Positions 19,139 to 28,853 of a DNA stretch of 64,000 nucleotides are shown one piece after another. Where the stretch lies: the NCBI GenBank assembly GCA_903906135.1, contig CAIVJE010000114.1, positions 78-64,077 of the forward strand. The letters run 5' to 3'. A program made the translations under genes and the position numbers. Under the pieces are notes generated by a model that did not search any database, was not told the DNA's origin, and saw nothing but the letters and a program-made list of their open reading frames with translations. This DNA comes from an uncultured Verrucomicrobiota bacterium (GTDB taxonomy: Bacteria > Verrucomicrobiota > Verrucomicrobiia > Opitutales > Opitutaceae). Every line of letters begins with the position of its first letter. Positions within the stretch are counted from its first letter, which is position 1.

Positions 19139-20512
19139 ATGAAATTGGCTTCATTCTCATCCCTCTCGCTTTTCCTCACATTGACGCTCACGAGCGTTCC
19201 GCTGGTCGCCCAGCTTAATGACGGTAAGTCTGATCCGGGATTTTCTGTGCCCGCTGCGCTTGACTTGCCGTACGCGCTGGCTTTTGCGCTCGATAATAAT
19301 TTTTCGATCCGACAGGCCAAAGAACGTATCCGGCAACAAGACGGCGTTGTTTTAGAAGTTCGCAGCACCCAGATACCGACGCTGGCCGCGGGTGCGGGCT
19401 ATCAGCGCAATGCGGAGATTATGGGACCCACGGGTGAAGATCGCTACTGGTCATTTAACATCATCGCGAAACAGACTTTATACTCTGGGGGCAATAATAC
19501 CGCCCTCGTGCGCGGTCAGCAGCTGAATCTAGATGCGGCGGTGCTTACCTTGCAGGCGGTGATCAACGATGCTCTGCTCGAGGTTCGCACCCGCTTCTAC
19601 ACTGTTCTGGTTAATCGGGAGCGGATCAAAGTGCAGGAGCAAAATACCGAGTTGCTGAAGCGGCAGTTGCAGGACGTAAAAAATCGTTATGAAGCCGGCA
19701 CTGTTTCAAATTTTGAAGTATTGCGTTCTGAGGTGGCCCTCGCGAATGCACTAACTCCGCTGATCACGGCGCGCAACGACTACCGGTTGGCGATTGAGGA
19801 ACTACGTCGCACCTTAGGCTTCACCACGATTGCAGATAACAATCTGACCAGAATACCCGAATTTGTCGGCACTTTAGATTTTGCCCCCACGAGCTTCGAC
19901 TTGCGCACGGCGCTGGCGGCCGCGCGGGAGCAACGGCCCGATCTCCTCCGTTTGAAGAAATTAGCCCAAGCAGCCGAGGAGGGGATTATTGCTCGCCGAG
20001 CTGGCTATCTGCCCAATCTGGCGCTTTTTGGCGCCTACGACTGGCGGAAGGCGGCCGGCTCGAATAATCTTCCCGGCGATCGTGATGGATGGACCGTGGG
20101 ACTTTCCTCGGCGTGGAATGTTTTTGATGGCCGGGCGACTGCTGGGCGCGTTGCCCAAGCCCGCTCGCTGCTCGCTCAGGCTAATCTTTTTGTCGAGGAG
20201 GCTCAATTATCCGTCGATGTCGATGTTCGTCGGGCTATTTCGACTTTCCAGCAGGCTAACGAACTCGCGGAAGCCTCCAAAAAAGTTGTTGAGCAAGCCA
20301 CGGAGGCGCTGCGCCTCGCCAATGCTCGCTACAATGCTGGCACCGCCACGCAACTTGATGTGCTCACTTCACAGGTTGATCTGACCACCGCTCGACTCAA
20401 TCAGGTGCAGGCTTATTATAGCTATAATGTGGCTGTTGCGACGACCCGCAAAGCGATGGGACTGGCTGACGAGATGCGCCCCACCGGCGAATTGAGCGAT
20501 CCGGCTAAATAA
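19139..20512 (+). CDS. TolC-family outer membrane efflux protein
   Basis: Start at ATG 19139 with a signal peptide; duplicated repeats RYEAGTVSNFEVL and RYNAGTATQLDVL. Confidence 0.9.
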   Translation: MKLASFSSLSLFLTLTLTSVPLVAQLNDGKSDPGFSVPAALDLPYALAFALDNNFSIRQAKERIRQQDGVVLEVRSTQIPTLAAGAGYQRNAEIMGPTGEDRYWSFNIIAKQTLYSGGNNTALVRGQQLNLDAAVLTLQAVINDALLEVRTRFYTVLVNRERIKVQEQNTELLKRQLQDVKNRYEAGTVSNFEVLRSEVALANALTPLITARNDYRLAIEELRRTLGFTTIADNNLTRIPEFVGTLDFAPTSFDLRTALAAAREQRPDLLRLKKLAQAAEEGIIARRAGYLPNLALFGAYDWRKAAGSNNLPGDRDGWTVGLSSAWNVFDGRATAGRVAQARSLLAQANLFVEEAQLSVDVDVRRAISTFQQANELAEASKKVVEQATEALRLANARYNAGTATQLDVLTSQVDLTTARLNQVQAYYSYNVAVATTRKAMGLADEMRPTGELSDPAK

Positions 20513-20625
20513 CCGCGCCGCGCTTTGCGGCATTATTTTATCAGCTCAGACTTCATGCCAATTGCTGGGCAATTTTCATACCTGCCCCCAAATTCATTTC
20601 AGCCCAGCTGAGTAGGTTGTCTTGT

Positions 20626-23600
20626 ATGAAATTTCCCCGTCCCCTCTTAGTTGCAATGGGAATGGTCGCGTTGGTTGGCGCGCTACTCGCAACGCTGGCT
20701 TTCCTGCCGGGGGTGCAGCGGTGGGCTCTCCTGCGTGCCGCGGCGCGGCAGCCGAGTTGGCAACTCGAAGTGGCGGACGTGTCTATCGGTTGGCAGAAGA
20801 TTAGCATTCGCGGCGTGGCGCTACAGCACGCTGGGCTGAATATAAAGTTTGATAAACTCATGGCCGCTTAGTCGCTGCGCCAGCTTCTGTGGTCTCGTCG
20901 CCTCGAAGTTCATCAGCTGACGGTGGCGGGTTTGTTGGTTGATGGGCGCCAGCCTGCGGCGCGCTTGGCCTCAGTTGCGGCGGTGGCCGCACCGCTGGGG
21001 GCGGCTGGTTTGCTGGCCCAATGGCGTCTTCCCGTAGAATTTACCTTAGATGATGTCCTGCTTGAGGGGCGGGTCTTATTGCCGGGCGCCGCCGTGGTTG
21101 CTGACCTTAAGCTCACGGGCGGCCAATTTGCGCCAGGTCGAGCAGGAGCGTTGCAGTTGAAGGCTATCTTAAAAAATGCGGCGCCCAACGCTCAGGTCAG
21201 CATTTTGCACGCGCAAATTGATCTGCAAGCGACCCAGGGTCCGGGGAATTATTTTACGCAGATTAGCGTAACGGCGTTAGTCAATGCGTTGGGGAAAAAC
21301 ATTACTGAACAAAGCCAACTCAAGCTTTCGGTCGATTTAGACCAATCTCCTGCCGGGGAGAAATATTCCTTGCACGCCGATACTTTGGTGGGCGGTGTTT
21401 CGGAAAATATTTTAACCCTAGCCGCTAGCTTGCCTCTAGGGGCGCAAGAATACGCTGGGCAATGGTCGCTCAAGGGTCGGACCGCTCAAGTCGAGCCCTT
21501 CTACTTTGGCGGTTTATTGCCCGATTTTAAGGCTAACGGCGATGGGCGGTTTGTTTTTAACCCGGTCCGTGCGGCGCTGAGCCTCCAGGGGAAATTGCAA
21601 GTAGATGTTAATCGACTCGAAGTGCTCAATTCGAGCTGGCGTGACTTGGGGGCAGTGTCGCTCGTGACGCAATTTGATATCACGGGGGCGGGGAGCATGA
21701 TCCGTTTGAACCAGCTTGATGTTCGGCTCAATGGCGCGCAGCCCATCCTCGAGTTGCAGGCGAAGCGGGCCGCTCAATTAAATCTTAAAGAGCAGCGTCT
21801 GCAGGTTGGGCCCGCCGATTCTGGTGACACGCTTGATTTAAATATTATTGGTCTGCCGATTGTGTGGCTCAGTCCCTTGGTCCCTCAGCTCAAACTCACC
21901 GGGGGGCTCATGACGGGTCGACTCACCGCCGTCGTGGAGCAGCAGCGCTTGCACTTGCGCGTGGTGGAGCCGTTGCGTTTCGCGGCGCTGTCGATCACGC
22001 ACAGCGGTCAGCCATGGCTAGAGCGAGCCGAGGTTAGCTTGCAGGCCGAAGCGAAGCTCACCGCCCAAGAATTAGCCGTGCAGATCAGCGAATTAATGGT
22101 GCATACCGCCGCGGGTGATCACCTGAAGGCTCAGGCCACGGTGACGCTCCCTGTCACGCCGGATCCCTCCATTACAGTTAAAGCCAACTACACCGGTGAA
22201 TGGCCGCAGTTGCTGGCCCCTTGGTTACCGGTGGGCCGCATCCGCTCAACCGGACAGATTGAGGCCACAAAAATTGGTGAGAAATTATCGATCCGCCAAC
22301 TCGACTTTGCTTTAACGCGTGAGACGGGTGCGCTGCTCGGTCGGGCGATTGTTTTGCAGCCATTTACCGTGGATCTTGCGGCCAGTCGGGCGTGGATTGA
22401 CCAAACTCCACCTATGGTCGCGAGCAACCGCGGTCAGGGAGATTTAATGCGGCTAACCTGGGGTGCCATCCCTTTGGATAATTTGCCAATTAACTTTGGC
22501 GGCGGAAAGCCCAGCGGAGTAGTGGCGGCGGGGGAATTTTTACTGGTGAACGAAGGCGAGCAGCTGACCCTCCGCGCAGCAGTTCCGTTAAATTTGCGCC
22601 AGCTCGTATGGGCGCAAAGTGGCCGCCGGCTGGTCGATGGCTTACAGCTCACCGCCCAACCGTCGGTTGAATTCACCGGAGCTAAAAATTTTAAACTGCG
22701 GACCGGTGATGTCCTCATTCAGAATTCAGCCGGGGAAAATATTTTTTCTGGTCAAGGTCAGTTGTCGCAGAGCACTGACACTGACCTGCGGGGATCGTTG
22801 ACGCTAGCGGTGGATCTACCGGCTTTATTGGCGCAACCCTTCTGGGGGGCGGCACCGTTGCTGACGGCTGGTCGGGTCAGTGGTGAAATCCGGGTCGCGG
22901 GCAGCGGGCTCAAACAAGTTGAGGCACGTTTGACCAGTAATGGACTCGTAGCCGCGACCGGGAGCGACGCACTGCCGGTCGCTAATTTAAGTTTCCGGAT
23001 GATCGTGCAACCGAGCGGCCAAATCTCGGTGCAGGCTCCGTTGTTATTAGACCGCGCCGGCCGGCGTTCAGATTTGAATTTAAATCTCGAGCTCCAGCCG
23101 CGACTTGGCGGGTACACGGTCGCGGGCCGCGTGAATGGCGCTCAATTAGATTATGCCGATGCCCGCGCGGTGTGGGCCATTGCCAGGGTTGCCACCGCAC
23201 CGCTTCTGGCCACGGGTGCTCCTGCGGTGGCGGTGGAGCCAAACCTTGCTGACATCATGCCAGCTTGGGCACGCTACGATGGACGGGTTATCTTGGATGT
23301 GAAGGCCGTGACGGGTGGAGCCGACTGGGCGATGACCGGCTTGACGGGCGAGGTTAGCCTAGAGCCTGCGCGTTTAGTACTCAGAAAATTGAGTGCGACC
23401 ATGGTCGAGAAAAGTAACTTCGCGGCGCAGGGAGAGATTAAATTTATCGGAGGCCCCAAGCCCTATGCGCTCCAGGCCACTTTTTCGTTGGCGGCTTTTG
23501 ATGCGGGTAAATTTTTTCAGGCACTGACCCCGGCAAAAGCACCAATGGTCGAAGGTTTGTTCACGGTGCAGGGCCATTTTTTGGGGGATGGCCTGACGAT

Positions 23601-24192
23601 GCTGGAACTGATGGCGCGCACCCGCGGCACCTTTGAGCTATCAAGCCCGCGGGGCGTTTTTCGTGGCCTCCAGCGGGCGAGTAATAAACTCTCGCTGAGC
23701 TCCAAAGCGGTTGAATTAGGCTCTTCGGTCTTCGGGTCAATTTTTGGATCACAGAAAATAACCCAAGCAGCAGAAAAGGTTGTCGGTACGGCCTATTTTA
23801 TTGATCAGCTCGCGCAGAGTTTAGGTGAATTAAATTTCGAGCAACTCCAGGTGCAACTGGTGCGGGCTGAGAATTTGAATTTGGAGCTTAAGAATTTTAC
23901 GTTGCGCACTCCCGATTTCCATTTCTCGGGTCAGGGCACGGTTAGTTATAAGGACGGGCAATCATGGCTAGAACAGCCGCTCAGCCTCACGCTAACGATG
24001 GCTGGGCGGGGGAAAATTGAACAAGCTTTGGGCAAACTTAAATTGCTCGATGGCCGTCGCGACGAACTCGATTATGCGACGCTGCGCGACCCACTGACCA
24101 TTACGGGTTCCTTGGCGAAGCCCGATTCCGCGGCATTTTTTACCCGCCTCGCGGCGAGCAAATTCACGGATTTATTTACCCCGGATCCTTAA
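20626..24192 (+). pseudogene. AsmA-like large membrane-anchored protein interrupted by one in-frame TAG (20869-20871)
   Basis: ORFs 20617..20871 and 20923..24192 share a frame and the 51 nt between them are open (…FDKLMAA*SLRQLLWSRRLEVHQLTVAGLLVDG…). N-terminal TM anchor, beta-rich body, C-terminal PLTITGSLAKPD typical of AsmA-like proteins. Confidence 0.65.
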
Positions 24193-24390
24193 AACGGAGA
24201 AAGCCGAGCTGGCTGATGGTTCACGATAGTCGTGTATCCCAGACTTTTTGAGATAAATTCACGCGCATGATCGGCCAATAAACGCGGTGGGTTGAAACTT
24301 TACGTTACCGCGGGACCGGCTATTTTTTCTGAATAGCAGGGGCTGACTTGGCGCTACCGCTGGGCCGGCTTCCGCGAGGAATTTCCTTTT

Positions 24391-26499
24391 ATGAATACTC
24401 ATAATCCGGGCGATATCCGTAATTTTGCCATCGTGGGGCAGGCGACTTGCGGCAAAACTATGTTAGCTGAGGCGATGCTGATGTGTAGTGGGACGATTCA
24501 TCGTTTCGGGAGCATTGCAGCTGGTTCTACGCTATCTGATTATCATGTAGGTGAGCAGCAAAGGCACATCTCGATTCACGGTACGCCCCTTAATTGTGAA
24601 TGGCAGGGGCGGCGCTTTAATTTTATCGATACGCCGGGTTACTTGGATTTTAGCAGTGAAGCCATTAACGCCCTCAAAGTAGCGGATTGCGCCCTGATCG
24701 TGATCAATGCGACTCAGGGTATCGGCGTCGGGACCGAATTGATGTGGAATTATGCTTCGGCGTATGGTCTTCCTAAAATTATAGTCATCAACGGACTTGA
24801 TAAAGAGACGGTAAATTTTGATCGGCTCGTGACAGATATTCGCACGCACTTTGGCTCAGCAATATTTCCGCTACAAGTACCGCTCGATGCCGGCATTGGC
24901 TTTCATCAAGTTTTGGATGTCTTGCGGAGTGAGGTGGTGAGTTACGCGCTCGATCGTTCAGGTAAATATACGGAGCAACCCGCGACGGGTCTTTGGCAGG
25001 AACGCGTGCGCGAGTTGCATCAGGAACTTATTGAGCACGTAGCTGAAAGTGATGATAAATTACTCGAACAATTTTTCTCTGATGGCGGCTTGTCGGAGGC
25101 TTTGTTGCGAACCGGTATTCACCCCGCGGTGCAGAATCAGTTGTTCGTCCCCCTGCTGTGCACGGCCGGTGAAGCTAATATTGGGGTCGCGCGCTTGATG
25201 GATTTCATTGCTAAATATGGTTCTTCACCGGCTGACCGGCAGACGATAGGCGCGACCCTCTGTGAGACGAATGCGCCGTGTCTGGTGCCCCTCGACGGCC
25301 TGGAGCCAGTGGCTTATGTTTTCAAAACGCTCACCGATCCACTCAGTGGTGATTTATCATTCTTCCGCGTTTATTCGGGTGAAATTCATGCGGGCATGGA
25401 ACTGTATAACAGCGAGCGGCGCATGACGGAACGTATTGGGCAACTGTATCGTTTGAACGGCAAGCTACGCACGCCAGTGGAAGCACTCCGCGCCGGCGAT
25501 ATGGGCGCGACGGTGAAATTAAAAGATACCCATACGGGCAATACGCTTTGTCTAGCGCGGCACGCGATCGCCTTGCCTACGGTAAATTATCCTACCCCCT
25601 ACACGCGGGCTGCGCTTCAGCTTAATGCCCCAGGCGATGAGGAGAAGTTGGCCGCGGGCTTGAGTGCCTTACACGAAGAGGATCCCGCGTTTAGCTATCA
25701 CACCGATGCGGAGATCCATCAATTTATCATCGCGGCACAGGGTGAGCTGCATCTGGAGGTCCTGTTTGAGCGATTAAAGCGTCGGTATAAGGTCGATGTA
25801 ACCTTAGCCTCACCCAAAATTCGGTATCGCGAGACCATTCGGGGGGATGCCGAGGCGCGTTACCGGCATAAGAAGCAATCAGGGGGCGCCGGCCAATTTG
25901 CGGAGGTCTGGCTACGGATCGAACCAGGTCCGCGCGATAGTGGCATTGTTTTCACGCAGTCCTTAGCGGGGCAGGATGTTGATCGGGTTTTTGTCCCCTC
26001 CGTAGAAAAAGGGGTGCGTACCCTAGCGCAGGAGGGGATTCACGCTGGCTTTCCCGTCACTGATCTGAAAATTAATTTCTTTGGTGGCAAGATGCACTCG
26101 GTTGATTCGAAGGATATTGCCTTTCAAATTGCGGGATATTTCGCGTTTAGAGAGGCTTTTCAAAAGGCACGGCCTTGTTTGCTTGAGCCCATTCACGAAT
26201 TAGAGATTAGGGTACCGGAGGAATTTGTTGGTCGGGTCGTGGGGGATCTTTCCAGTCGTCATGGCAAAATCCTCGGCATGGATATCGCTGGTCGCTTGCA
26301 ACTGATTCGCGCCCAGGTGCCAGCCGCGTCCCTCTATCATTATGGCACTGTTTTGCGTTCGTTGACTGGTGGTCGCGGGATTCATAATGAAAAATTCAGT
26401 CACTACGAAGAACTTGCCGCCGACCAAAGTAAAAAATTAGTCGCTGAGTACCAAGCTGCTCGTGCCGCCGGCACGGCTGGTCATCATCATGAGCATTGA
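24391..26499 (+). CDS. Elongation factor G paralog (EF-G2/FusA2-like)
   Basis: IRNFAIVG..GKT, DTPGYLDF, EEDP, QGELHL, YRETI, HKKQSGGAGQF, HSVDS, LLEPI, LRSLTGGRG; GTPase motifs differ from canonical EF-G. Confidence 0.9.
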   Translation: MNTHNPGDIRNFAIVGQATCGKTMLAEAMLMCSGTIHRFGSIAAGSTLSDYHVGEQQRHISIHGTPLNCEWQGRRFNFIDTPGYLDFSSEAINALKVADCALIVINATQGIGVGTELMWNYASAYGLPKIIVINGLDKETVNFDRLVTDIRTHFGSAIFPLQVPLDAGIGFHQVLDVLRSEVVSYALDRSGKYTEQPATGLWQERVRELHQELIEHVAESDDKLLEQFFSDGGLSEALLRTGIHPAVQNQLFVPLLCTAGEANIGVARLMDFIAKYGSSPADRQTIGATLCETNAPCLVPLDGLEPVAYVFKTLTDPLSGDLSFFRVYSGEIHAGMELYNSERRMTERIGQLYRLNGKLRTPVEALRAGDMGATVKLKDTHTGNTLCLARHAIALPTVNYPTPYTRAALQLNAPGDEEKLAAGLSALHEEDPAFSYHTDAEIHQFIIAAQGELHLEVLFERLKRRYKVDVTLASPKIRYRETIRGDAEARYRHKKQSGGAGQFAEVWLRIEPGPRDSGIVFTQSLAGQDVDRVFVPSVEKGVRTLAQEGIHAGFPVTDLKINFFGGKMHSVDSKDIAFQIAGYFAFREAFQKARPCLLEPIHELEIRVPEEFVGRVVGDLSSRHGKILGMDIAGRLQLIRAQVPAASLYHYGTVLRSLTGGRGIHNEKFSHYEELAADQSKKLVAEYQAARAAGTAGHHHEH

Positions 26500-26528
26500 G
26501 GCTGCTGGCCGGTGCGAAGAGTCAGGTA

Positions 26529-27000
26529 AGCGACCGGATCGCGATTATTAATCAAGGCCGCATCAAGTAGCGGGAAGCACGAGCGAGGTTTAGCATAAAC
26601 CGCGGACACCCTTTTCGCAGATTTTATCGGTCAGGCCAATTTACGCAGCGTTACCGTGATCGGTCGCCATGGGACGACGGCGCGGTGCGCCTTGCTGACG
26701 GACTGGAATTAACGGCCAGTTCAGCTGAGCTCCCCGCCGCGATCCAGTCGGCCTTGGTTTCTATCCGGCCACAAAAAATCCATATCTCAAAACGCCCGGT
26801 TGATGTTGAAAATATTTCCCAGATCCGTGTTCAGGAAGAAATTCTCCAAGGGGCGACCGAGCAACTTTGGTTGATTACCAATCAGGGCGCTCGGCTCCCT
26901 GCGCTGGTGGCCAATGAAAGCGCGATGAACGAAGCCTATCATGAGGCGAACGAGTTTACGGCAGCTTCCATCTCGATGATTTGGTAATTAGCCAATCGGC
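26529..27000 (+). pseudogene. Decayed remnant of a PotA-like ABC transporter ATP-binding subunit (C-terminal/TOBE part)
   Basis: Manual translation across frames: SDRIAIINQGRIK* / GSTSEV*HKPRTPF / ADFIGQANL… / VRLADG…VSIRPQKI… / VYGSFHLDDLVI. Two stops and about four frameshifts; Walker motifs absent. End is approximate. Confidence 0.75.
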
Positions 27001-27064
27001 GTACCCCCGCATTGAGTTGCGAGACTGCTTGTGGTTGGCCGGCGCTTGTGGCAGCCTGCTGCTA

Positions 27065-28075
27065 ATGATTTCGGCGGTGCATTTTAAAAATTTTAAAGCG
27101 CTGCGCTCGACGGCGGTTCGCTTGGAGCCCTTCAATCTTTTGATCGGCCCCAGTGGCAGCGGCAAGACGAGCTTGATTGAGGCGCTGCTGCGACTCCGGC
27201 AGCTCGCGGGTCAAGCGGCGGCCCACGGCCCGGCGAGTACATTAACATTTTTAAACGGTCCGCAGATTGAGTTTCATTTTCACCCCCCGTTTCAAAATGT
27301 GCGCGTAACCCTCGGCTGTCAGGCCGATGAACTTAGCTGCCATCAGCTGCGTGTGGATCATCTCCCGGGACTCGTGGGGGCAGGGCAGTGGGCCGAGTTG
27401 CGTACCCAACTGCAAGGGATTCGGGCTTACTTGCTAGATCATCAGGCGATGGGCGCGCCGGTGCTGCGCTCGGCGGGGGGGGGCGAATTGGCCGCTAACG
27501 CCAGCAATCTCGCGGCCGTTTTGGCGCAGCGAGCCCAGCAAGCTCCCGTCGCTTTCGCTCATTTGGTGGCGGATTTTTGCCGGATCATGCCGGAGTTTTC
27601 TGGACTCAGTTTTCGTGGGGTGGGTGAGGGGCACGTTGAGCTGAGGGCAGCGCTGCGCGATAGTCCCGAGCACCTCACTTGTGAAAATTTATCCCAAGGG
27701 ACTCTTTACCTGCTCGCCATCTTGACCCTCGCGCACGATCCCCAGCCGCCGACTTTGTTGTGTCTCGAAGAAGCGGATCGCGGCGTGCATCCTCGCCTGC
27801 TGCGCGAAGTTCGGGACGCCCTGTATCGACTGAGCTATCCGGTGGCAACGGAGACGACTCGGCCGGTGGTGCAGGTGATCGCCACCACGCATTCACCTTA
27901 TTTACTGGATCTATTCCGGGATCATCCCTCCGAAATCGTCTTGGCTCACAAACAAGGGAACGCCGCGACCTTTGAGCGCTTAACCGAACGCCCCGACATT
28001 CTTGAATTAATGCGCGAGACTAATTTGGGTGACTTATGGTACAGCGGGATTTTGGGCGGCATCCCAGGCGATTAA
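27065..28075 (+). CDS. Non-transporter ABC-type ATPase (AAA_21/AAA_15-like)
   Basis: Start at ATG 27065 (MISAVHFKNFKAL). Walker A GPSGSGKT, signature LSQG, Walker B/D-loop LCLEEADRGVHP, H-loop VIATTHSPYLL, terminal LGDLWYSGILGG; no TM segments. Confidence 0.88.
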   Translation: MISAVHFKNFKALRSTAVRLEPFNLLIGPSGSGKTSLIEALLRLRQLAGQAAAHGPASTLTFLNGPQIEFHFHPPFQNVRVTLGCQADELSCHQLRVDHLPGLVGAGQWAELRTQLQGIRAYLLDHQAMGAPVLRSAGGGELAANASNLAAVLAQRAQQAPVAFAHLVADFCRIMPEFSGLSFRGVGEGHVELRAALRDSPEHLTCENLSQGTLYLLAILTLAHDPQPPTLLCLEEADRGVHPRLLREVRDALYRLSYPVATETTRPVVQVIATTHSPYLLDLFRDHPSEIVLAHKQGNAATFERLTERPDILELMRETNLGDLWYSGILGGIPGD

Positions 28076-28096
28076 GGTATGCGAGCTCCCGAAGCT

Positions 28097-28783
28097 ATGA
28101 AGCTCGCGCTCCTCAGTGAATCGCTGGCCGATGAGGCTGCCCTCAGCGTTTTAGTGGGTTATGTCCTCGGCGCCCCATTCACTCGAGTGCAACCCACCTT
28201 GCGGGCCCGCGGCTGGCCGTCGGTGGAACAGGTGCTCCCCGCAATTTTGCGTCATCTGCATTTTAATACGGAGGCCGATGGCTTGATTGTCGTCGTCGAT
28301 TCCGATGATTCGGTGGTGCATACGCCCCAGCACGAGGCGCCCGCTTATCATCACCCCGGCTGTCGCATCTGCCGCTTGCGTACGGTTTTTCGGCGGACTT
28401 TAAAAAATCTTCCCCTCAATCCAGCTCACCCGACTCCCGCCAATACCGCTCATCCGCACGTCCGGCGCGAGCGGGTATTGCGCGCCGTGGGCTTAGCGGT
28501 TCCGGCCATGGAAGCTTGGTATTTGTGTGGACGCGACACGTCGATCACGGAGGCGGCGTGGACGGAGGGCCAAGCGGCTGGTCGCGTGCCGTACACCCGC
28601 AGCGAATTAAAATGGCGGGTCTATGGCACCGAGCGCCCTACTTTACCTCATGAGATCAAACGCGCGGTCCAGGAAGTTACCCGGCATCAGGGGGATGTTC
28701 GCCGACTGGAGCATGATTTTCCTCAAGGCTTCGGTTCGCTCGCTCGCGACCTGCGGAGGTGGCGTGCGGAGTCAGGGCGCTGA
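28097..28783 (+). CDS. TOPRIM-like (DUF4276/RloB-like) putative nuclease partner of the ATPase
   Basis: Beta1-acidic motif LLSESLADE, DxD motif IVVVDSDD and AVPAMEAWYL. Alternative start at 28079 lies 3 nt after the ATPase stop. Confidence 0.65.
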   Translation: MKLALLSESLADEAALSVLVGYVLGAPFTRVQPTLRARGWPSVEQVLPAILRHLHFNTEADGLIVVVDSDDSVVHTPQHEAPAYHHPGCRICRLRTVFRRTLKNLPLNPAHPTPANTAHPHVRRERVLRAVGLAVPAMEAWYLCGRDTSITEAAWTEGQAAGRVPYTRSELKWRVYGTERPTLPHEIKRAVQEVTRHQGDVRRLEHDFPQGFGSLARDLRRWRAESGR

Positions 28784-28853
28784 AGGGCTCGCGCCAAAGG
28801 ATGGGCTTGCCCACGACGGCCTCGCTTGCAGAGTTTTAGTTCGTACACTCTGC

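Noticed and set aside
14197..20512. MarR-MFP-RND-TolC operon as a novel system
   Set aside because: Standard tripartite efflux architecture with intact motifs; the substrate cannot be inferred.
20869..20871. Genome-wide TAG recoding (alternative code or pyrrolysine) as the explanation of the AsmA-like internal stop
   Set aside because: TAG terminates pcp (9101-9103), yraN and hemE at their expected C-termini, and no pyl genes are in the window.
26685..26987. 100-aa ORF as a stand-alone TOBE protein or third gene of the ATPase/TOPRIM module
   Set aside because: It is one frame of the frameshifted potA-like remnant, whose homology continues in other frames on both sides.
28623..28853. Long N-terminal extensions in the ORF track (aas from 28623, tolC from 19040, ATPase from 26981, DUF969 from 6678)
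   Set aside because: They overlap upstream genes or the pseudogene remnant; downstream ATGs give family-typical N-termini.
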